DNA of 64,000 bases from the NCBI GenBank assembly GCA_032718475.1, contig JAUCBJ010001293.1:1-64000 (forward strand), written 5' to 3'. The position numbers were made by a program, and so were the translations under genes. Shown piece after piece: positions 54,933-64,000 of this stretch. This stretch comes from Nemertoderma westbladi. Lineage: Eukaryota; Animalia; Xenacoelomorpha. Below the pieces are notes generated by a model. It was not told where the DNA came from and ran no database searches. It saw only the letters and a program-made list of their open reading frames with translations. Numbering within the stretch: the first letter of the stretch is position 1; the number at the start of each line of letters is the position of its first letter.

Positions 54933-56138
54933 ATGTGGCCCGATCAGTTAATGCCGCTTCGCAAAATTTATTTAGACCTTAGCATGCCTTATAAAGATAT
55001 TTCGTCTGTACTTGCCAATGATCATGGGATAAGCATTGGTGAGCGACAACTAAAACGTTTATTTAGAGATTTCGGATTACAACGTCGAAATTACACACCA
55101 TTGGAAGAAGTTGTAGAATTTATTAAAAATCAATTGGCTGGATCGGGAAGCATGCTGGGTTATAGAATGATGTTTGAAAAGTGTCGCCACAACGGCTTAG
55201 TTGTGAAAAAGGAGGACGTACAAAGAATTCTCAAGAAACTTGATACGCGAGGAGTCGAGCTTAGACAATCGCACCGACTTAAACGACGTTCATACTATGC
55301 CAGAGGTCCAAATTACCTCTGGGGCATTTGGACGGCTATGATAAACTAAAACCGTTCGGTCTATGTATAAGCGGTTGCATAGATAGGTTTTCACGCAAGA
55401 TTTTGTTCTTAGAAGTTTATAAAACCAATAACAACCCAAAAATTATTGGTGGCTATTTTGTTGATTTAGTATCTCGCCTTGGTGGATGCCCTTTAATGGT
55501 CAGGGCAGACTACGGAACTGAAAACACCTACGTGAGAAGCTTTCAGATGTTGTTTCGCCGCAATTGCACTGATGGCTTGGTAACCCGGGCGTATACAGAC
55601 GGGCGCAGTACGGCAAATCAAAGAATCGAGAGTTGGTGGGGGGTTCTTCGGAAGGAGAACGCGCAGTTCTGGATAGAATTATTTAAAGAATTGCAGGCAG
55701 AATGTATCCTCCCCGGAGACTTTGTTTCAAAGGCTGTTGTTCAGTTCTGTTTTACTTCACTAATTCAAAACGAACTAGACACATTAGCATCAGTGTGGAA
55801 CCACCATCTTATTCGTCCTTCAAGAAATCCCAACGTTCCAAGCGGTCGACCTTAATATTATGTATTGTTCGCCTAGCCTCTACCGTTGTGCTACCGAACA
55901 GCTCGTAACCGTAGCGCCTTCTGAAATTAATACCTGCTGCTCCAACGAATTATTCCGCTCATCAGCTATTCCTTGTGATGCCGATGTATATGAACTGTGC
56001 ATTCAGTTAATGCGTGAGAATAACCTCCGACTTCCTCTATCCGTAGACGACGCCGTGGAACTTTATCTCATCCTTCATAATGCAATTCGCGAACTTCTTG
56101 GAAACAACGTAAACGATATGTATACTGAGTCAGATTAA
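54933..56138 (+). pseudogene. IS3/integrase-core DDE transposase, two frameshifts (~55325, ~55855)
   Basis: N-terminal HTH-like region (ISIGERQLKRLF, GYRMM, LKRRSYYARGPNYLW), then DGYDKLKPFGLCISGCIDRFSRKI (D1), VRADYGTEN (D2), NQRIESWW (E) and WNHHLIRPS. Three consecutive ORFs join into one ~400-aa protein. Confidence 0.9.
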
Positions 56139-56423
56139 CTAATTATTATTATAGTTGAGTATGATGTAGGTGTGTTTTTATGATATACTGTACTATAATT
56201 ATTGACTGTATAGCGAGAATTAATTAATTTGATAATCGATATAATTTATTTATATCAATAATCAACCATCAATCAACCCCCCCCCCCCGCCCCTCGTTCC
56301 TTTATTTATTATCGGAGATATCTATTTTAAATTAAAATAATAAAATAATTACTGACCGTTTGCATTTGAATAATAAAAGTATGTTTAAAACACATGTTTA
56401 CAATTTATTTATTAATTAATAAT

Positions 56424-58702
56424 TTACATACCAACAAGGTCCTGGAGATAATCCCTCCAATAGGTTAGCATTCGACGCTCGCGTCGCCGCCGAATTGAAC
56501 CTTGCTCTGACCACTGCACTTCAAATAGCTGTTCAACAATAGTGGCGTCAAGTTCACACTTTGAATAAACGAAAACTTCCTTAAAGATATCTCTATGATA
56601 ATTTTAATAATTCTAATATTATTTAGAACTCCGAGAGTCTTTAATCCTTCCTTGAATCTAGAAAGGTGAATTACTATTGTAATACATTAACTTAACAATG
56701 TACCAAACTTGTAATTGCCTTTCCGTCGTCATAGTAACGATCATTATTGTTGATAATTATAGTTAATAAAAAAATTAATTAATTAAATAAATATTGTAAA
56801 TTCAACAACTTTAATAAAACATGGCTCAATAGAAAGGAGTGAAGGAAATTAAGAAAGTTATAAAGATTGATTAAGTTACATAAATTTTAGATAATTGTAA
56901 TTATTCAGCAATTAATCCATATAATTAGTGGCAGTTTTTAAATATAGGAAAAATTACTGTTCTAGTGGCCGGCGAATGCGATCGAAGCAAATAAACTTGT
57001 TAAGACTGGAGACAAGTGTATCTATATGGGTGAATTTTGTTGTCAAATTGTAGCAACCAGACATTCCAATAATCTTCTGGGCCTTATTGACTGCTTCGCG
57101 AAAGTTATCATCAGCTTCCGACACAGCTATCTAAAGAAACAGTACAAATAATTAATAAATAGCGGCCCGGATTTATAATGAATTAATGCCCTAGAATGGC
57201 CTTATAACTATTATGGTGGACCGGTCCGTTATAACAGTATATTTATACAGTAGTTATAGGCCGCCATAATAGTCTATAGTTATAGGCCTATATGTTATTG
57301 ATACAAATAGCATTGATTTGAGATCGCCAATCGTAGTCATTGATATGTTACAAATTAAACATAATTTGAGAATCCAGCTCTTGGGAAACCAGTAATTCGT
57401 AGGTAAACGGTGAAAAGAATAAGGGAACTGGGCCACGATGGGCTATCATATATGCAATCATGCGGCCAAAAATGAAATATTTGTTGTTAATTACACCTGC
57501 AAAATAATAAAAAAATAGACACTAACAAATTGGTCTAAATATTTAATTACTTTAATAGAATCCTATATAAATAAAAATAATTAAGTAATAAAATAAAATA
57601 ATTAAGTAATAAATAATTACTAACTGTTATAATCAAGAGCAAAGCATTTAGCAGTATCTGGTCCTTCAAAAGTAGGTGCTCTGGAAATAGCCTGCATGGC
57701 AAGTCGCATGAACTCCCTACGAGGACCCCCTGCATCCTTTCCGTCCTCGTCACTAAACTTTACATCCAAAGATAAACATGGATTGAAGGTACTTCGAGTA
57801 AACCCCCGCATTACTCCATCCATAACATCTTCTCTATCGACGTTGATGATGTTTCTTCCCTCCTCGTTAAGCTGTTCTAACAAACTAATTAAAATCTTTG
57901 ACAATGAAATTGATCGTTGACGTCAAAGTTACTTTCAGCTGCCGTATCCCTAGAGATGAGAGAGGAAAGCGGATCTTCGGAGATGACAGTAGGCCGATCT
58001 TCCGAGGCCTAGAATCTAACAGAGGGCTGAACTTCCAAGATGACAGAAGGATGATCTTCAGAGATGGATGAAGGATGATCTTCGGAGATGGATGACGGAT
58101 GATCTTCGGAGATGGATGAAGGATGATCTTCGGAGATGGATGACGGATGATCTTCGGAGATGGATGAAGGATGATCTTCAGAGATGGATGAAGGATGATC
58201 TGCAGAGATGGATGAAGGATGATCTTCCGTGATAGCGGAATGTGGATCTGGATAGGTTGAAAAGATTTCAGCAGGTGGATCGGCCGAGGAAACATCTAAT
58301 TTTAATTTCGAACCAATATATAATCGAAGTAAGCCAACCAAGCTCCAACCTCGAGCAAGATTTATCATAAGTATTACCATTCATATTAACATCCTGATCT
58401 CGGATTCGTTTTGAACCTTTAGCTATTCCCAGCCTATTTCGTATCCGTTCCAATACAGTATTTCCATTAGAGTCGGCGTTCGATTCAGAGGTTGGTTTAG
58501 GATTATTAGAACTACTGGCACCGTTCATCTGCCTACAAAATGCCTTTACAGAAACTCGGTCGCCGTATGCTGGTAAGTAAAGTTTCAGTTCAACGTCATT
58601 TAGTAGTAATATAACTTCTGGGCTTATCTTGTCGGTTACCATCCGAGGAATGAACTCGCCCAAGCTTCGTTCTCTCATGAATGTTTCAAGTTCGTTATTC
58701 AT
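56424..58702 (-). pseudogene. Spliced transposon cargo gene: N-terminal SAM-like region, (SEDHPSSI)n linker, HECT E3-ligase domain (G2E3-like), lacking the distal C-lobe
   Basis: Exons ~58702-57625, 57496-~57308, 57130-56958 and 56657-56432/56424, with GT..AG introns whose phases match at two junctions (57625/57496, 56958/56657). Motifs LDVKFSDEDGKDAGGPRREF, YFIFGRMIAYMIAHRGPVPLFFS, EQFKEGLKTLGVL and WSEQGS..TYWRDYLQD. Frameshifts and one in-frame stop. Confidence 0.8.
58040..58230 (-). repeat. 24-bp coding repeat (SEDHPSSI)x~7 inside the cargo gene
   Basis: GGATGATCTTCGGAGATGGATGA(A/C) tandem units. Confidence 0.9.
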
Positions 58703-59631
58703 TATTCACACTTAAGTCAGTATACCTGCAGCCGTTAAGAGAAATGCGAAATATATAATAGGCTTATACTGAACAGAAACGTAAGAACCACTTATATACA
58801 ACTTTAATTCCCCTCCAATTTAGTTCTCCTATGTTACTACAACCAATCAAACAACTCAAAATTTGTAATATTAACGTAAATGGTCGTTGGAGCTATCATG
58901 AGGGCTCGTGTTAGCTAACACGAGGGCTCGTGTTAGTAGCACGAGGGCTCGTGTTAGTAACACGAGGGCTCGTGTTAGCTAACACGAGGGCTCGTGTTCG
59001 AAAAATATTTTTCTCATGTCCCTTCCCGGGCTCCGTAGTCTTGCATTTTTTGAAGAAAAAATTTGTTTTTTGGCTATTCTTGATACGAAAAAAAATTTTC
59101 GAGTGGAACATTAAATTTATATAGAACAAATTAATTTTTTAGAAATGTTGAAAAATGGCATAATGTTAAAACGAAACCTTCTTATATACAACTGTAATTT
59201 AAAGTTACATAACTTGATGGTAGGTGGCGCTACAGTATATCAAACGAAACCCCAATAAGTATAGATAGAATACGATACAGCAGGCCACTATTATTCAAAG
59301 TGCTTTGAGTTGGAATTATATGTCCACTTAAATAACATGTATCGAATTCGATACATACGGTGGTAGAGGGTTAAGGGAGCCGGCGGGATAAAACAATAAA
59401 CTTTAGGATTATTAATAAATTTTACTAAATTTTCAATTATCAATTAAATTTCCGCTAAAACAGCACCCCACTTGGAAATTTGTGTACCTACCAACTACCA
59501 CAGGTACTGACTGCTTATTTGTACTATACTCTTCACTGGAAGGCTTATGAGTAGGCCCCTATCGTACATTAGTTTAATTTTTGATAAGTATTCAACGAAA
59601 CTGTTCATAGTTTTGCGTAACTGTTATTTCA

Positions 59632-59740
59632 AGCAAGCAAGCAAGCAAACAGTCGGCCGAAGCCGGAGGCGACCCGAAGGCTCCTCTTTCGATAGCTGCT
59701 ACCCGAGGGTAGGGGTGGTCGCTACTCCTATCCCAAGACT
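59632..59740 (-). mobile_element. Possible 3' end of a SINE/RTE-related retroelement with (TTGC)n tail
   Basis: GGCGACCCGAAGGCTCCTCTTTCGATAGCTGCTACCCGAGG..CGCTACTCC next to (GCAA)4; resembles invertebrate retroposon tails from memory only. Confidence 0.35.
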
Positions 59741-59936
59741 GTTATTTAGTGTGGGGGGTTTTGGTGGGACTACGCCATGGCCCCTTGGCTTGCACTAGGC
59801 AGTCAGCTGAGAGTCAGACTAGAAATACGGATGAAAATGTTGCTGCTACCTCTGGTAGTCAGACTAGAAATAGAACGTTCGAGAATACGACAACTTCTAG
59901 CGATCTGAAGGTAGTCTGACTACCTATCTAGTGATC

Positions 59937-60241
59937 TAGTTTATATGGAGGGTTGCAAAAAGTCGCAAAAGTTTATATAGAGAATAGGTGGGGCCGACAT
60001 CCATTACCAATTTGACATCTGAGTAAATGGTGATCGGAAGGGATGGTCGGTCATGGTCAGGGGCCGTATTTTCAGTTCTAGTGCGAAGACTACTGTAGAA
60101 CTGAAAATACGGCCCCTGACCATGACCGACCATCCTTTGCGATCACCATTTACTCAGATGTCAAATTGGTAATGGATGTCTCTGCCCCACCTATTCTCTA
60201 TATAAACTTTTGCGACTTTTTGCAACCCTCCATATAAACTA
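59937..60241. mobile_element. 305-bp hairpin MITE (TAG..CTA ends, ~145-bp arms, 15-nt loop), possibly Academ-like
   Basis: TAGTTTATATGGAGGGTTGCAAAAAGTCGC..GCGACTTTTTGCAACCCTCCATATAAACTA; near-perfect inverted arms. Confidence 0.8.
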
Positions 60242-60365
60242 ATGTGAATGGCTGTGTATAATCAGACCGCCAGCGACTTACGCTCAGTTCACTTTTGATC
60301 GCCTTTATACGTACCGTTTTATGGTACATGACCCAAGTGAAAGAAGTAGGCAGAATAAAGGTCAT

Positions 60366-60900
60366 AATGGCGAGCCACAAAGTTAGAGGTGCCTTAGCAA
60401 ACTGACTGTATTAGAGTGAGTCAATTTTTGCAAATAGTTGTCGTCGTCGTTGTAACGAGTTCAACATGCCGAAAACCTCGTACGATTTAAACTCACTTAA
60501 AGGGGGGGGGGGGGGGGGGGCTGCTTCGGCTACGGATGGCGAAGGAAGTTTCTGTTCTCACAAACAAACCCAAACAAACCCATTTATTCCTTTATTTTTG
60601 GTAACCGCAATCGGTCTTCAGCCCTGCCGCTGCAGTCTGCCGATAGAGGGCGAAATGTATATGAGAATGAAAACCTTCTCTCGTTTCCTTGATTTTGATC
60701 CGTTTTAAGCTTAATCTTGGCATATGTACTAGATCACTGGCTGAGTCTTTCTGGGGGAGCTAATCCGTCTGCAGTTCTCCAATCTTCCATTAATTGCCGA
60801 AATACTTGAAATGAAAAAAATGTATGAGTTCTTAAACCGTCTGCAGTTGCACAGTCTGCCGCTAGAGGGTAAAAGTAATGTGGAAAAATCTGCTTACATT
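60366..60900 (-). mobile_element. Diverged inverted relative of the 53390-54726 insert
   Basis: GGCGAGCCACAAAGTT..GCCTTAGC and TCAATTTTTGCAAATAGTTGTCGTCGTCG are reverse complements of the 54640-54726 end; it shares the CTGCCGCTAGAGGG motif. Confidence 0.7.
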
Positions 60901-60974
60901 GCATAAAGCTCCATACCATTTTTAGGCAACCACCAGAAGTCTGGGAAATCCAGCCAAGTATCTACCTGTTGACT

Positions 60975-61450
60975 TACATAGGAGTACACTCAGAATCACT
61001 AGAGGGAGCCTAGTTAGAACAGGCTGCTTCTAGTGTTGGTCTTTTTGTTTACTCCAAGAAGTCCGAAATTTTGACAGTTAACTTTGAAAGTCCTCAAGAA
61101 ATGCCTGATCGTATGAGCATACTATAAGCTCGAAGGATTGTTTGCTTGAGCATATTGACGACTTCTGTTACCTGGAATCATGGATCCGGAAGTCAGGTGA
61201 GGACCTTCGAATACGTAAGGGAATGTCATGGGCACCATTTAATGGGTTTTCCCGCATTTGGAAGTCATCGAGAATTAATCGGAAACTTAAGGTCTGATTA
61301 TTTAGAGCAGCAGTAGTTCCAGTACTCCTCTATGCGAGGCCATGTTGGGCTCTAACTGCTGAGGACACCAAATCTCTGGATGGCACATTCACAAGAATGC
61401 TACGTCGGGTTCACTGTGTCAAGTACAATGCACACATCTCCAACCAGACA
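60975..61450 (+). pseudogene. Second copy of the RTE-like RT fragment
   Basis: Close reverse-complement match to 15264-15730 (e.g. GAGGACACCAAATCTCTGGATGGCACATTCACAAGAATGCTACG), with indels. Confidence 0.85.
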
Positions 61451-62920
61451 CTACTGTATTATTTTATTTTATTGCTTTGCTGACCAATTTAAATTTATAA
61501 CTCAGATACCAACGTAAATAATTTCTAGAAAGGTTTTTTAGACAATAAGGCACTTAAGACCGGTTTACACGTGACATATTTTTCGATAATTTGTTCAGCA
61601 ACTTAATTTTGAACAACTTAGGGTACAGTCATAGGCGTACAAGGTGGGGGGAGGGGGGCTGCAGCCCCCCCCCCCCCCCCCCCCCCCCCTGTGAACCAAA
61701 AGTGGGGGCGAAAAATCCGACGAGGGAGAATGACATTCTCCCTCGTCGGATTTTTCGATCGATTCGTCGGATTGATTATATTTTTCGCCACATTGTGGCG
61801 AAAAATATAATCAATGGAGAAGAAGGGGAGAATGAGAGAGTGGAAAATAAAATCAACATCCAAAGTATAAATAATAATTGACCACATTTCTAATTTGTTT
61901 TATTACTTTATTATTTATTTTATTATTATAGATTTGTATCAATTTGTAGTAATTGTACTTTTCGAACGTTCCGTACAGCGTTCCTTCTGTATTTCTCATA
62001 GTACATGTTCCGATTGCTTAGTACGTTTTGCCTATGTAACTTTCTTTGAATGTGTTGTTGTATAATCTTTCAAATTAAATATTAAATTTGTATTTTATTA
62101 TTTAATTCCTTAAGTCTATTAGCCTCATTTATCCGTCTATGTCTAGGCGGGTTTATATAAACCCCACCATCCATTCCAATTTATTAGTCAACATGTATTG
62201 CATAACGTCGCATAAGATTCAGCGCTTCAACTGCTTTCAAAATAGTGTTTGGCGGCGCGGGTTCGAATCCAACTAAATGCTGTAGAAATTTTGCTTCTAA
62301 TTGTTCTGTCCCAAGCATTTGGACATTAGTGCCTACGCAAACCCATCCCTTATAGGTAACAGCCAAGAGATAGGATCCTGTGGGTTATTTCGTGTTTCAC
62401 ACTTTTATTTTATTTAATTAGTCATATATTGCCTTGCCCCATACAGTTATTCTGCTGTCTACTGTACAGCATGACTACACGAAGTAGCTACTTCAACTAT
62501 TTATTAATATTGATTCCACACTTTCTTGTAGCGGTACGCCAAAGTCACCATCCGTGGATTATGTAACGGCTGGCACATTTTTTTGTAGGAAAGTAAGTCA
62601 GTCTAGTTACTTTATTTCATAAACACCAATTATTTATTCATATAAACTGCATCCTTTATTAACATTGCGCTACTTTGCATCCACTATGATGTAATAACCG
62701 TTACTAAAGGCCGGTACGTGGCAACTTTCTCAACAACTTTATGAAAAACTCAGGTTGTCGAACAAAAAAGTTGCCACGTGTGCACTTGCTTTAATGCACA
62801 TTATTACTTTATGTAAATGTATACTGTATTTAGGTAGTGTTTATTTACGTAGTTAAATTCAATCACAGAGAAGTTTGCATTTTCCTTCGTGAAGAGTAAA
62901 TCGTTTACTGTAACTCTACA

Positions 62921-63040
62921 ATGTTAAAGGCAATGTCGTCTCTACTCCTGTTAACGTCTCTAATCCTGGCAGCTCTTTTAGCTGTTGAGTGCCTTGGAGA
63001 AAACAATCGGGACTCAGAAGATTTGGTTGAAAGAGACACT
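62921..63040 (+). CDS. Probable first coding exon of a secreted precursor (signal peptide plus acidic pro-segment)
   Basis: ACAATG start; MLKAMSSLLLLTSLILAALLAVECLG|ENNRDSEDLVERDT; a consensus donor GTAAGT follows at 63041 in phase 0. Confidence 0.55.
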
Positions 63041-63516
63041 GTAAGTTCGTTCTTAAAGCAAAATTGTCATACAATATGTACCGTAGCCACTGAACATAAA
63101 CTTACTACTGATACTTACGATAGTATTATAAAAAAAAGAACCAACTTCGCTGAAAATTCTTGATTTGGTAGATGCTGTAGGTCTACAGTACATCAAATTA
63201 CCATCCATGAACATCCAGTCTTTTGCATTATTTACCGCATCATAATGTTCTAAAACCAGTTTTGACTACAACGTCCCTGAGAATTATTGTATTTCATTCG
63301 AACCAGCAGTCATATCCAAAGTCTAAATGATAGTTTGTATTCAGGTTCTAATTTATATAATTTGTTGTGCAATTTAATACTACGTTTTAGACTTCAACAT
63401 TATTGTGCGCTATTGCGGAAATTGAAAAAGCATTTTTTTCAAGTAGGACTTGATGTATCAGACAGTTATTGTACACGTTTTTATGGCCCGTGAACCCAAT
63501 GGATCTATATAGTAAG

Positions 63517-64000
63517 TTGTTTGGGTTAGGAGGTTGGGCGTTGTTTGGGTTAAGAGGTTGGGCGTTGTTTGGGTTAGGAAGTTGGGCGTTGTTTAAGTTA
63601 GGGGATTGGGCGTTTTGGGATTAGGAGGTTGGGAGTTGTTTGGGTTAGGAGGTTGGGCGTTGTTTGGGTTAGGAGGTTGAGCGTTGTTTGGGTTAGGAGG
63701 TCGGGTGTTGTTTGGGTTAGGAAGTTGGGCGTTGTTTGGGTTATGAGGTTGGGCGTTGTTTGGGTTAGGAAGTTGGGCGTTGTTTAAGTTAGGGGATTGG
63801 GCGTTTTGGGATTAGGAGGTTGGGAGTTGTTTGGGTTAGGAGGTTGGGCGTTGTTTGGGTTAGGAGGTTGAGCGTTGTTTGGGTTAGGAGGTTGGGCGTT
63901 GTTTGGGTTAGGAAGTTGGGCGTTGTTTAAGTTAGGGGATTGGGCGTTTTGGGATTAGGAGGTTGGGAGTTGTTTGGGTTAGGAGGTTGGGCGTTGTTTG
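63517..64000. repeat. 24-bp G-rich minisatellite (GGGTTAGGAGGTTGGGCGTTGTTT), runs off the right edge
   Basis: About 20 tandem units with a recurring variant TTTAAGTTAGGGGATTGGGCG. Confidence 0.93.

Larger units (their letters stand above)
53219..59037. mobile_element. IS3EU-like DNA transposon, two convergent genes (DDE transposase and HECT-like cargo), decayed
   Basis: Termini TACGGAGCCCAGGAAGGGACATGAGAAAAATATTTTTC vs GAAAAATATTTTTCTCATGTCCCTTCCCGGGCTCCGTA. Flanks GTATTG (53213-53218) and GTCTTG (59038-59043) form a 6-bp TSD with one mismatch. Right TIR 58771-59037. TAY..RTA ends and a 6-bp TSD match my recollection of IS3EU. Confidence 0.88.

Noticed and set aside
62245-62285. B-box-like GGTTCGAATCC suggesting a tRNA
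   Set aside because: No cloverleaf could be folded; at most a decayed SINE head.

Overview
AT-rich, repeat-dense animal (probably invertebrate) genomic DNA; it is not prokaryotic and has no CRISPR array. It contains one intact host gene, a GC-rich, apparently single-exon ARHGAP39/Vilse/CrossGAP (WW-MyTH4-RhoGAP) at 24132-27377, and probably the first coding exon of a secreted precursor at 62921-63040. The rest is minisatellite arrays (37/42, 31, 19, 65, 63, 14, 21, 22 and 24 bp units), nested non-autonomous DNA transposons with readable target-site duplications (TSDs), and RTE-like LINE relics. The standout is a 5.8-kb element at 53219-59037 with TAC..GTA ends, ~267-bp TIRs and a 6-bp TSD (one mismatch), which looks IS3EU-like. 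It carries two convergent genes: an IS3/integrase-type DDE transposase, and a spliced gene for a SAM-like plus HECT (G2E3-like) E3 ubiquitin ligase protein. Both genes are decayed here, and the left TIR is split by a 1.3-kb insert carrying repeated CTCF-like motifs. All calls were made by eye without database searches, so family names are inferences.
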